The position numbers were made by a program, and so were the translations under genes. This document shows positions 50,980 through 63,300 of a stretch of DNA of 64,000 bases, one piece after another. Under the pieces are notes generated by a model. The model had not been told where the DNA came from and made no database searches. It was given only the letters and a program-made list of their open reading frames with translations. The stretch spans positions 2,170,001 to 2,234,000 of the forward strand of contig JAYWIR010000030.1 of the NCBI GenBank assembly GCA_036172245.1, written 5' to 3'. Numbering within the stretch: the stretch's first letter is position 1; each line of letters starts with the position of its first letter. Source of the stretch: Raillietiella orientalis. Its lineage: Eukaryota.

Positions 50980-51599
50980 CTGTAGAAGCGAAATGCACGG
51001 GAGGTCATCGTCTGGCGTCGACACCTCGAGGCGGACGGAGCAACTCGAGACGGCGCGCGCCTGCGAAGTGACCTCTCCAGAGCACTCTCTGCCTCACCTG
51101 GAGAACCTAATCGCCCTTGTCTCCCACACATTCTATCGGGGGGGGGGGAGTCGCAAGTCTTTGTTTTCTTCCGAGAGATCAGATGTGTCCATGCACGCTT
51201 GGTCACTCGCCCCACAGATTCGCGTGCGCGCGCCGTAACCGACTCTGCGGGACTTTATTCCCTGCCGCCGCCCCAAGTGGCCGCTGCCTCTAATTCTGCC
51301 AGTCGCGGACGAGAGTGGGCGAAGAGTCGGGTTCCGGAGCCGGGAGCGTAAATACCGGGCAAACCGCGAGCCACTGGCGCGCCGGGCAGTAGCTACCTCT
51401 CTTCCCGCCTCCCTCCCTATCGGTAAGCGAAGCGAGGAGAAGGGACCTTTGCAGTCCGCCCCCCACCTCACCTCAAGATACTCACCGGGAACGGGGGGGG
51501 AATTCCGACGTGAGGGACGGATCTTTCCGCAGCCCACGCCGACAAAAACAACACTGGGATGATCACAGCACGCATCTCCTGAAGATAGAAAGATCATCA

Positions 51600-54500
51600 A
51601 CTCAGGGGAGTGGTGGGGAAAACTGAGGGTCAGATCAATGTGACCGGCGATTGCCATGGACCAGCAGCTCCTCGCAAAGCGCTGAAGACCGTGCTAGTGG
51701 CAGGTGGAAGAACAGAGACCCTCCATCTCCACCCCCACCCATCCAAAAAAAAAAATGCACTCACCACCGTTCTCGGAAACTGCGTCGCTGGGAGAGGAGC
51801 TGTTTGTGAATGAACTGCTCAACGGAACACGTACCGGTTCTTTGTTCTTGAAATTTATAGGAATCGAGAAAATCCTTGAGCAAGAACGGATACGCGTCAT
51901 TTCAGGAAAAGGTGATGCGAGATCGGAAGATAAGGTGCACTTTGTCTAAATCCGATAAAATCCACCCGACATGCTCGCGTGGATATTTCACCAGGTGGAC
52001 GATCGAACGCTTCCGACATGCCTCCAGCGGGAGAAAGGGAAACGCCTCACCCTATATATCTCGATGCGGTCACGTGGCGTTCTACTACTTCTTTGGGAGC
52101 GACGGACTGAGAAATGGAAAGGATGGTCACGCTGTGAAGGGTCAGTCGCTGAGCCCCATTTCCCCCGTCGGAGGATCCGTGCCAGATCGAGTGGACAGCC
52201 AATTCCCCATTGCCTTTTGTGGCCCCCTGAGACAGCGATGGCGGCTTGCAGTGAGGGTGATTCTGAGGGCGTGCTGCTCATCGATTTGAGGGGAAGAAGG
52301 GTTCAGATCACAACGCCCCGCCCACAAGAGTGCTTCCCCTTCAAACCCCGCGAGCTCAAGGGAGGATTTTCTCCTCGCAGAGGCGGTGGGACTCCACGCC
52401 TCTGCAAGGAGACTTCCTCGTTAATCGCAGACCTGGCAAGCTCCCAACAGGAGCTGCCTCGAGGGAAGACATGGATGCTTTCGAGGTAGCCGTCTGCTCA
52501 ATCTTCCTCCCTTGAGCTATATACAAACCCCGAGCTCCTCTTCGGCTGGCCGGGAAGTCGTTTGAAATGCCTCTCGAAGAGACTTTCCCGAGGCTAGCCG
52601 AGGTTACTGGAAGACGAAATGAAGTTCTCGGCTCGTGGGGTGCCTTTGCAAATCGACCCAGGGAGTCCAACATGCTCGCGAGTCTTCGGGAAGTTAGAGA
52701 AACCTGGAGACGCCGGGGAGCGAGGCGTTGCACGCCCGCCACAAAACCACTCCCATCGCGTGCGAAAGTCCGAGTACAGGAAAGAGAAACGTGATAAGGA
52801 TGGCAGTGCATCTCATCCCCTTTTATCCCCGGAAATTCCGAACCTCAAGACTTCCAGGATCCTCAGATGGATGAGGAAATCTCGAGCTCATTCTTCGTCC
52901 GTGCTCTCTCTCATGACGAAACTGCGGCTTGAAGATTTTTCAGCATGAATGGTGGCCTTATCCCATGCTTCCGGTACCCATCCCGGGGAGTATCGGATGT
53001 TCAAGCACGCCGTCCCTACCCCCCTGCCTGATGTACTCCGCCTGTTTTTTTGTCCTGTGAATTTCCCTCGACAGCCCATCATCTTGAGGACCCAGGATTC
53101 CAGAGGCCCGACCACCGCCGAGAATACCCATCCGTGAGAGAAAGAAAGTGCCGGTACTCTTTGCGTCCCTCTCTCTCCGTTTACGAGTACCCGGAAGTTC
53201 GAGCAACGTCCGCCGTAGTCAGCTCTCTCTCACCCTGAAGCGCTGGATCAGGCCTTGGCTTAGACTCTTCTTCCGGAACGGCCAGACTGGTTGCCTTCGA
53301 TTCGGCGTTCCATGGCATCTCTCCAGGATCTGGGCCACCAGACCTCCGTGATCATGGTCTGGTTGTCGATGCGTCTGCTGGATAAGTGACCCAACCATTC
53401 TTTTGATCGTCAGCATCTCCCGCACAAGATGTCAACTCCATATCTCTGGGAAACGGTTCCCGCACAGGCAGAACGTTGAGGCGCATCTCATGGGTGAATG
53501 CGAATCGGAGGCATTCGTCATGGATCAGGAAAGCATCCCGAATCCCGAAGCGGACCAAGAACAGACAGATTACGTTCCTCCCTTGATCCGGACTCCCTTT
53601 TAATGAGACGAGAGGTGTCCATGCCACCTTGCATGGCCACACCCGCTTCTTTATATGGAGAAGAATCTCCATGCCAAAGTGTTGGAAGCTAATGATCTCT
53701 CGATGGGAGCTGAGACTACGCCTACGAGATAGAAAAACAAACAAACAAGCAGACGATCATTCATCTAGATGGAAAAACTTCGTGGAGATCGGGAGATGCC
53801 TCCTGCTTTGCCTTCGAGAATATTCCGACGTGACCAATGAGCTATAGGAGTATCCAGGACTTTCAGGATTACAAGATTGTGTTCGTTCGGAGCTAAAGAC
53901 GCCGGAGACAATATGAACCTGGAACCTTTACTTGGCGTGGGAACGTATCCCATACAAAGTGAGAAGACACTTCGGAGACTAAAAAGGAAGAAAAAATCAA
54001 GCCGCTGTTGTTGCAGCGATGCTGAAAGAACTGCTCCAGAAAACCCAGAAAACCCTGAGAGCTGCTGTTACGGTCAAACGCTCTCGAAGTGAAGAGCCGG
54101 TCCTCTTTCCCCTCTCTTCCAGCTCTTGATATGGGTGAAGAAAGACGGGATCTTAATAGGCGCAAGAGTCGCCAACGCGTGGACAGCAAGTTCTTTCAGG
54201 AACATTCCTTGATAGGAATCGCAGCACTTTGATATGCCGCAGCCAGTGAACGCTGTTTGCTAGTAAAGGAGGAGGAGATCCGTGGAAACTTTGAGATCTC
54301 TCCTGATTCCTGTTTTCTCCTGTCTAGAGCAGTCGCAATGCGGAAAATGATTGAGGTGCACCTTCAGCACCTGTAAGAGCCAAAGGATGCGGAAAGGAAA
54401 GGATTCTCAGAGGACGCAGCCTCCGCTTCAACCTGATCTCGAAAACTCGTGAGACGCAGGTGGTTGCGATGGCATCCATCCGCGTCCTTTTATGCTCCTC

Positions 54501-57372
54501 TTGGAAGTTATGGTGGAATTAATCTCGCTAAGGATGCTGATCTGATCATCCTTAGCCTCTGATTTCAATATCGCCATGACGAAGAGGAGGATCGCTCCAC
54601 GATGCATGAGGTCCAAAACCGCTTTGCTTCCAAGATGCCCTGTGTCCGAAGAAGTTTCCGGAGAAAGACTTCGTGTTGACTTCTTCGCCAAACAGCATGG
54701 AGGTGAAGATGAGTTAGGTGAGAGTCGCGGATGGATGCCATCCAGGAAGGAGGAGCTCATTTTTCGAGTGCTGCACTTCGGAGCATCGCTTCTGGAGCAC
54801 GCCTGTGCTCCCCGAAATGCCATGCTACATTCAGCAAGGAGCAGAGCATCCCGGTGCGTGCGTCTCTCACAAGATCGCCCCGAGCGTTGACCTGACTGCG
54901 AGATCTGTGCCACCCAGCAAGAAACTGCAAGAGTACCTCTCCAGGTTCCCACAGAGCAGAGTTGTTCCTGCCCTCTCCGTCTGGATCGAAGAAAAAGGGG
55001 TTTCCGTGAGTGCTCCAAGGAGTGGGAAGTGGTTTGACTCCTCGTTGTGTGACCGCTTCTCCGACCGCATCTTCCGACAGCTTCTTGCCGGGCTCGATCC
55101 ACCCGAACGCTGATCAGCGACAGCATGTCCTGTGTCAATCCGTGAGCCAGGCGTCGGAGAGATAACTTGCAGCACGGCGGCTCCACAGTCCTCCCGTAGA
55201 GCGGGAGGCGGTGCAGCCTTCCCTGACGCGCCTCCGGCGGTGCAATCGAGACCTCTAGCACACACCCGTTTTCGATGCTTTGATGGCGACTCGTCGCGGC
55301 TCGCGCTTCGCACGCCGCCTGGGTCCTGGTCTTTGGCCCCACTTGCTCGTTCGATTCTTCTGGCTGACTCAACCGGCATGCTGGCTTGCGTTCACCTGGA
55401 GGAAGCTCTTCAGCGACCCCCGATTGGTCAGCTGCCAACCGAAGATCCCCTTCGTGAAACTCCGAGCCTAGGCGCGCCGGGAACTAGGTTTCACCCTTCA
55501 GCTTTCGGTTTCCCATCCTCTCTTCCCCTCATCTCTTGCAGCGGTCGGGTTAGAGGACGCCGGTGACGGTCTGAACCCTTGCGGAGATCCCCTGCGCCAG
55601 TCCGGACCCCTCCCCTTTCCTCCCAAAAAAAAAAGCAACAGCAGCCGCAAACGGCCTTTTCCTCTTTTGCAGCAATCCTGCCGGCTCCGCTCCTATCTGG
55701 AGATCGAGGAGACAGATAGAAGATGGAAATCTCGAAGCACCCGGCGCGACGGCCGCCCTCTCCAGATAGGTGATCCGTCCGTTTCGAAAACTCCGCTCTC
55801 GCCGCTTCCTCGCCGGAGAGATTCGAGACAGCCCGCCGCGTTCGAGACCTCCGAAGGCTGTCCAGGAATCAACGAGCGGAACTTCCGCCGGCCTCCGCTC
55901 TCCCGACGAGGCGAAGACAATTCGCTTCCTCTGCCCGGAAGAAAACTTCGTCCGTTTTCCGCCGTCGAACCCTCTGAAGGATCCGTGGACATCTGTCTGA
56001 GGGGACTGCATGTGCCCCCGGGTGAGAAATCGACCGACGCTCGATTTGACAGATGACGAAGGAGCTACTCCATCTGTTTCCGAGAGCGGCCAATGAATAC
56101 ATCTACGGTGATAAAAAGAAGGGCTGCTTAGGCATGATGAAGCTGTCGAATGAAGCTGACACCTTCATTCTGGATTCTTGCTTTAAGCTCCTCACTTCGC
56201 CGGATGCCACAGTTAAACAGCTTGCTATGGAATCTCTCCAGGAGGTGGTTTGGAAGAAAACTCTTCCATCACCAACAGACAAAGATCTTGCAAAATATCT
56301 GTCGGCGGAAACTAATGGAAAATTTCAGCGATATTGGTGATTTTAGAAGCCTATGGACGGTAGGAAGACAGGTCTCAAGAAGGCCGTCTGTTTCTTGGTA
56401 ATGGGTTAATGGCGACCCCAGGATCTGTATTTCGGAGGTGATTATTGATGTTACACACAGAAAGAATATTGGATCAACAATTCGGAGTCTCCAGCGAGAG
56501 TCAGCATGGCTTTCCCTCATTGATAAGCATCCTGACCAAGGGCAAGCTATGCGGTGCGTTGGTCTCCATCAAGTCTCCAGTTTCTTTCTGACTAGTGGCG
56601 ACTATCTGCGTTTTGCTGATTTCCGTGGCAAGGCAAAATCTCTTGACGATTAGAGGAATACTAAGCAAACCAGAACAGGATCGGCTCTGCCGTCGATGTA
56701 GTACATGGGATGAAACTTTGCCTCATGTATTAAACCACTGCATGAGGCATTTTCGCCTGTACCAACATTAACACAATGTCATCGTGGATAGGATGAAAAA
56801 AGCCTCCATTTCAACAGCTGGATGAAGGCTGATCTCTGCGAGCAAGTCCCGGGTGTGGATTCATCATTGCGACCAGACCTTGTCCTCCAGAAAGACAAGA
56901 AAATAGTGGTGCTGGATGTTTCTTGTCACTTTGAGAATGAAGAGGAAGCATTCCTCACTGCCAGGCAGGAGAAAGATGAAAAATACCAACAAATTCCGCA
57001 CTCACTCTCCCGAGGAGGAATGAAGATGGATGTCCATGCCACTATATTTGGAGTCTTAGGATCTTGGGATCCTAAGAATGATGGAGTCCTGAGACAAATG
57101 GGCATCCCTAGAAGATATGCGAATAAAATAAAAAAGGTCATAGTCACTTCCATCTTCTTTTCATTCGCTGCAGTAAAGATGTCTACTGGACCCATCGATT
57201 AGGACGAGCACCAGACGATGCTTGTGACCCGAGGGAGTTTCTGGATCCCGAAGCAACCTTGACAACTATGTGAAAACCAATGCTGATCATCGATCAGGAA
57301 TAAAGGATAGGAAGATTGGGCAGAGCCATAGTGGATAATTTTTAAACCTTTTTTGAACCTTTGCATAGATAA
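51600..57372 (+). mobile_element. Utopia (NeSL-clade, RLE-type) non-LTR retrotransposon, decayed/frameshifted; 5' boundary approximate
   Basis: Frameshifted RT motif cttagcctctgatttcaatatcgccatg (~LSPLIFNIAM, ~54551-54578); post-RT motifs LFPRAANEYIYG..G.LG, FKLLTSPD..V..LA, DLAKYLS, PDQGQ, FLTSGDYLRFADFR; zinc knuckle CRRC...ETLPHVLNHC; endonuclease RPDLVL...DVSCHFEN...AR.EK..KY...GVLGSWDPKN. The 3' end abuts U2 snRNA sequence. Confidence 0.85.
56053..57202 (+). pseudogene. C-terminal part of the Utopia ORF (thumb, CCHC knuckle, restriction-like endonuclease), broken by stops and frameshifts
   Basis: ORF pieces 56053-56340, 56438-56653, ~56685-56820 (CRRCSTWDETLPHVLNHC) and 56822-57202 are colinear but in different frames. 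Confidence 0.85.
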
Positions 57373-57523
57373 ATCTGTTCTTATCAGATTAATATCTGAT
57401 ATGCCACCTATCTGGTGGCCAGTATATTAAACTACTTTTTGGAAGTGCATGGGATGCTTGGAGCTTGCTCCTTTGCTGTCGCGGGTTGTCCCGGTATTGC
57501 AGTACCTCCAGGATCGGTCCACT
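57373..57523 (+). ncRNA. U2: U2 snRNA, 5'-truncated (about nt 38 to the 3' end), interrupted by Utopia
   Basis: atctgttcttatcagattaatatctgata (stem IIa), gccacc-tatct-ggtggc (stem IIb), Sm-like cttttttgg-type U-run, ggagcttgctcc (stem III) and ggtattgcagtacctccagga (loop IV) match the metazoan U2 sequence. The branch-point pairing GUAGUA and the 5' end are absent. Confidence 0.92.
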
Positions 57524-57580
57524 ACTCCCCATCACGATGGGACCAAAAAAACCTTTCCAAAGAGGGAGAGGGAGAGAGAG

Positions 57581-57604
57581 AGAGGCGCGTTCGGCGCCTC
57601 GGGA
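57581..57604. repeat. Short (GA)n/AGGG microsatellite
   Basis: agagggagagggagagagagagagg read directly, a few tens of bases downstream of the U2 fragment. Coordinates approximate. Confidence 0.5.
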
Positions 57605-60270
57605 GGCGAGCCGTCCGTGCGCTTGGCCCCTTGGATCCAAGAGGAAGAACTCAAAAGGAGACGCTGCGAAAGTCGTTGGCTTTTCGTGCTCCTTACTCCT
57701 TACCTTTGCGATACACGCATTGGACAACCTTTCTGCATCCGAAACTCGCGATCTCTCCGAATATGGGCGAAAACTTCACCCAATGGCAGCGGCTTGTTGT
57801 ATTTCCTTGTCGTGCACTTCGTCAAGCAGCAACGGAATTGGCCTTTACGTCTGTTCGGTCAAGAAGTGGAAACGTTCAGTTGCTGAGAGACATGGTTTCA
57901 GCACCGTGAGATCTCCATTCCCCTTTCTCGATTCGATGCTTGTAGTGGAATGATTCAAGACAAGCAGGCACATGGCTCAGGCGCTCTTCGAGCGTGCGAT
58001 GCAACGCTTGGGATACGTGTAACATGCGTGAACCTTTTGCAACCACCGAGACTTTTACGACGCATTGAGGAGCGAAATGCCTCTGCCTTGTTTAGTTTTT
58101 TCTTCAAGTGCTAATAGAAAAATAGATAGAAGCAGAAAGCAATAGATTTCTCTATCCAGTCACACGTGGTGGTCAAACGGTAAGTTCTCGGAACTTTCCG
58201 TCTTATTTTCCAGTTGTTTCTATCCCTTAGTCCACGTGATGGAGGTTCCATTGCGGAAAACTAAAACAGAAATCAAACAGCAATATCCTTCATGAATTTG
58301 AGAATAGGGGTGTGTCACTATGACAACTTTCCTAGATAATGATTCGGATGCTATTCCCTTTTATGCTCAGGAATAAGAAGAGTTCTTAAATTTAGAGCAT
58401 ACAAAAAAGTCAAAGCTCCACTTTCTGTGAGCTACATCCTTTCTGCAAAATAAATAACCACGAGTGTACATTCATGATTTTTTCTTCTGTTATCTACCGT
58501 TGTTACTTTCCTCGTGACTAGATCGTGCTGAATCCAACGTCCTGATCTAGCCACATCTGCTTCTCTGAGCTGGAAATGGGAACACTGAGCAAAAGACAAG
58601 ACTCCAGCACTCTAGATTTGCGGGAAATCAGGAGAAAAAGTGACTCGAATATACACAAAACACACTACATATGCGTACCTTGCTGTTGCCACAGACATTT
58701 ATTTAGTAGCAGCAATGCTTATTTTTTATTGCCAAGCAGCACTTACTTCATGATGCCAGGTATTTGACGTGGTTGTGATGGTTGGTGAAAAATGCTATTT
58801 GCCGCATGAAGATTCCCATTTCACAAAACACGAAAAGGAATCACAACCGCAAAACCCTGCCGAACACCACTACAAAAACATTGCAGCGTTGGCTCACGAA
58901 AGCACCGTCTTCTGTTTCTGCTTTCAGACTGTAGATATTCCTTATAGTTGCTCGTTTAAATTTCCACTCTGAATTCAGCTCCACTCCAGTTCTACAACTG
59001 GAGTGCTTACGTAAGCATAAAGTTGATGTGTGATAGAATCCAACTGTTTCGGTTTCCTTTACGTGTGATCTCTGAAACACGCGGATCAGTCTGGAAAATG
59101 AACGTCAACAGTCACGACAGATTCAGAAGCACACCGAACGAAATTTCCGGCTTCTTGAAGCTCAAGACTGTTAACCTACTTGATTGTAAGCATCCACAGC
59201 CCTCATAGGGAACAGTCCATAGACCAACATACAGCACAAGGAAAAGTTAATACTGACATGCCATACGGAAAAAAAAAAAACATGCAAAGTGCCAAACCAT
59301 GTGCAAACAAGGTGCAGGCAAGCAAGTGCACAAACCATGACAACCTGCAATGGATTTTATGAGTTGAAAATCCTGAAGGAACCAAGGTCAACTCTGTTCG
59401 GGTTGCAACATGCTGTTTAGGCTGCAATATCACACTTATCCCTTCAAGCAGACGCAATCGTCTGCATCCTTTCTTCATTTATTTACATCTCCAAGGAATT
59501 CAAACGGGGGAAAGCAGGAACTTTGCCCATGCCTTCACAAAAAGCTTCACAGAGAAGCAAATAACCCATGTTCGCAGTAAAAATGCTTCCACTGATGCCT
59601 TCTACTAGATAATTAGCTGTTTAACGAATGGCAGGAATAAAAGACAACGGTACTGTATGTTTTTTAATGGCGGAACGTCCATGGTGAATTTACGGGAGCT
59701 CTTTGGGAGCTTCATTTCTCCTGGTTGTTGGAAAAGTGGAAGTTGGTAGAGATGGTTGGGTAATGTTGTTCTGGGGGTGGATGGTGAAGAATGAATCGTC
59801 TTCATAGGTAATTGGCTTTGTAAAAAGGCAGCGCAATCTACGGGATCACTGCATAATTTTCTAGAAAATTCGAAAGCAAAATGCAACTTCGAGGTTGATC
59901 TAGCTGCAGCATACATGTGCAGCAGCAGTCTGCCGTCCTGAAGATCCCACATGATTCGGTCGTGATCGTGTTAAACCGGATTAGTTTTTCTATCTTTGGG
60001 TAAGGATGAACTTTCTTCAGTAGCAGAGAATTAGAAAGCCAAAATAGCATTTAATTGAAAAGGATTCTAAGATGTGTTTATATTGATACAGTACTGTTTG
60101 CGGTAATGATGGGACTTTTGAGGGTGGGCTACGTAACATCAGTGGAGAGGGAATTTTGGATGGTATCCAGCGGGATGAGGTCGGAATAAGACCGCCAAAT
60201 AGTGTGTATGGAGTGAATTTCCAAGCGAATTACGAGTTAATGTATAGCAGCAAAGCCAGTTATGCCGCCC

Positions 60271-60340
60271 GCGTCGGAGGCCTTGTGGTTAAGACTTCCG
60301 CCCGTGGCGCCATGCGTCGCGGGATGGAATACTCCGGCAG
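60271..60340 (+). mobile_element. Degenerate tRNA-like head, possibly a tRNA-derived SINE
   Basis: gaggccttgtggttaagac resembles a tRNA D-arm/A-box (GTGGCCTAGTGGTTAAGGC). gtcgcgggatggaatactccggc resembles a decayed T-arm/B-box (GGTTCGAATCC). The cloverleaf is imperfect. Confidence 0.4.
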
Positions 60341-63300
60341 AAACTGATGCCATTGCGTTGTTGAGTTCCGGGTTTCTCCTGCAATGGCGCTGGTTGACCT
60401 AATCATTCGGGCGTGGCACCCGGCAGTGGATTAAGCCGGAGGCCCCCGATGAAGACCGGAACAATGGGAGTCGACCTTCGGGTCCTTCCAGGAATAAAAG
60501 GAGTGGGGAGTTCCTCCTCCTGTCGTGCAATGGAGAGCGGACTCCCCTCACCGGGGGACCCCTCCGGTTTCAAGATGCGGCAGGAGCCTTCACAGGCACC
60601 TCTCCAGTTGTTTAAAGGAACGGACCCCCCTCTGTTGCGGGGGGGGCCTCCGAATCGTCGCCTCTCCAGAAGGAGTGCAAGGAAGCAAGCGAGAGCGATC
60701 CCCCTGCGGGAAGCTGAGCGCCCCTTCTGAGTTTCGGAAGCGTCCCCTCGGGGTTCTCTTTAGAGGAGTGAACAAGAGCGGTTCTCTTGCGGGTTCCCTC
60801 CGGCTAAGAAATTCCTACTAGCGGATCCTTTCCGGGTTCCCTTCGGAGAAGCTGAAATGGAAAGGACAGCCCCTTTCCATTAGAGGGAGGTGTCCCTCCG
60901 GAGAGAATGAGGGAGGAGACGCGTGGTGCCCTTCTGGGTTCCCCTTCGGAGACAACTAGGGTGGGAGGTGCTATCCCCCCTACCCAAGCGTGAGAGCAAC
61001 GGACTTCCTGGATTCATAGGGCGGACCCCTTCCGGGGTGCTCCTATCTATACCGGCCATAGGGTTATATTTGCTTTCTTATTTTTATTGCTCGTTTATGT
61101 ATGTTTCTTATTTTATCTCTTTATCGTCACCTGGGATTGATTAGTAGATGGTTTTGGGGGTGGTGAACTGAGTCTTCAAGGGTCGATTCGCAGTGTGTGC
61201 AGTTTGGTGGGATGGTGACGTACGGTACCTCCATTTCACCGAGAGGACTTGATATGCTTTATTCGGTTTTGTAGGTTTTATTTTTCGTTACGAAATTCAG
61301 GGAAAGCGGGAGTTAACTGGTCATCAAGGACTGGCATATGGGAACGTCAGTGTTATATATTAAAATGGTATTTTCTCGTTGTGCTTGAGTCAAGGGATAA
61401 AAAGCGGTTGCCGTATTAATTTTTGGATTTACAGAATCGGTTGTTTTGTTTAAGCTGTGAAGCTGTGATTGAGAACAAAAATTTGAGCGTGTGCAAATGG
61501 TAGGCAGAATAGGAAATATACTAATGATGTGATCTGTCTGATGGACGATTGATAAGAGCTCCTAATCAAGTGGGAACAAATAAACATTAGAAAAGAGAGC
61601 TTAGCTCTTTCGAACGAGTGACACTTAACTTATGCGAGCACTCGAAGGTGGGAGGCGAGGTGAGGGTTTGGTTGGATATGCAAATGGAAGTTAAAGAACA
61701 AATGACGAATCATCATCGGGAGTTGTATGTTGAAGGTAGATAATTCTCTAAAGTCTGGAACCTTCTGGCATGAGAAAATGTTGGGGAGTCCCTTTATGTA
61801 GGTGAGACGGCGAATGATAAGGATAGGAGTAGAATTAGTGAGATCGGCTTTGGAGAAAGCAGAGACTGCGATCAGAAGGATCATCATTATAGGAATGCAA
61901 CAAGAGGAATGATCTCATGGCCCCAAGTAAACAGCGTAGGTTAAAGGAATTTGGACTGTTCACAATCAAAACATCAACTACTAGTTGCAGAAGATGGACA
62001 TAGTTAATCCCTGGAAGATGTGTTCGCACTGAATTGCACGCATTATCCAGGTAAATTGGTTCTGAAGGTCGTTAGGAATCCATGTGCTGTGGTAGTTTAA
62101 CGGCAGTGGTGACTTGTGGACTCACAAATGACTGCTGGCTCTTTCCACGTGCTGATGCTGATTGGCAATAACAGTTTGCAATCCGGGATCGAGGTTCATT
62201 TGTCGGGGAGATCATCAGTGACAAGTGAGTGAACATGAAGGACTGGTGGGTTGGAAGGGATAATGATGTTTATCTTGGATTACAAAGGCTTTGTTATTTA
62301 CAGGATATCTTGGTGTTTTCCGTTCTGGTAACTGTTTACAGTTGAAAACACATTAAGTGAAAGAAGATTGGTGAGCTGATTCGTATTAGAATGGCGATGT
62401 TAGTAATAAGAGCCATAGCTCTGAGTGTTACTTTTGGGTTGGAACGTGTTGAGAATTCTTTCTGGTTGATATTCAAATTCGGCATTTTAGTGGAACGATT
62501 GTGTGTCCTCGCATCGGAGGATGTTGTTTCTGAGTGGGAAATGTTTGCTCGTAAGAGATTCTTGGATTGAATATTGATGTGCATTGGCACTTGAAACTTT
62601 CGGACGACTATTGTGAATAACTCAAAAAGCACAGTTTCCATGGAGTCCTTCTTTACCTGAGGCTACAGAAACATTCTCTTCAGTTTCGGCTTGAGTGCAT
62701 TCATTTAGGCCGCCTACCGTCGGCTTTTTTTTTCTTCTTCTTCAAGAACTTATGCTTGGTAAAGGTCGTAGCTCGAGTGGGGCTGATAAATTTCGGCCTC
62801 TTGGTGGGAATTGAGATCTACATCAAGGAGGATTCAGGATGAGGAGAGATTTTCCAAGTCATGGTATTGATGGATATGGTTAATAATGTGAATGAAGGAA
62901 TCATAATTTATAGTGCTCTCGGATGGAAATATTTTATAGAGAATTTTGTGGACCATCATTCGAGTTAAGTTTCGATTCCATGTAGGAGACGTTCTAGAAT
63001 CCCTAGGGAATCAAATTGTGAATTATAAATCAATAAATAACTCTAGGAATAAACAAAGACGCGGGAAATAGGGGTAGGCCGTAGCTCACTGTGACCGTCA
63101 TTTAAATATGTCTTTGGCGAGCGAATATTGTTCGAATGGGACAATTCTAGTAAAAAAAAATTCACATCTGAATATTAGAATGAGCAAGAAGATCGGCGTT
63201 ATTAGAGAGGAAGGTGCAAGAAACGAGAGTGAGAAGGAGGATAAAGGTTTGGGTAGTTTGATCTCTGCTTTGATGTCAAAAGCAGCATGATAATATCAAC

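Noticed and set aside
51270..51450. HDV-like ribozyme at the retroelement 5' end
   Set aside because: I could not build the nested double pseudoknot by eye.
54785..54793. atcgcttct matching the U2 5' end
   Set aside because: Only 9 nt, and the continuation does not match U2.
60444..60480. Hammerhead-like cccgatgaagac...gtcgac
   Set aside because: The core deviates from CUGAUGA/GAAA and the flanking stems are not evident.
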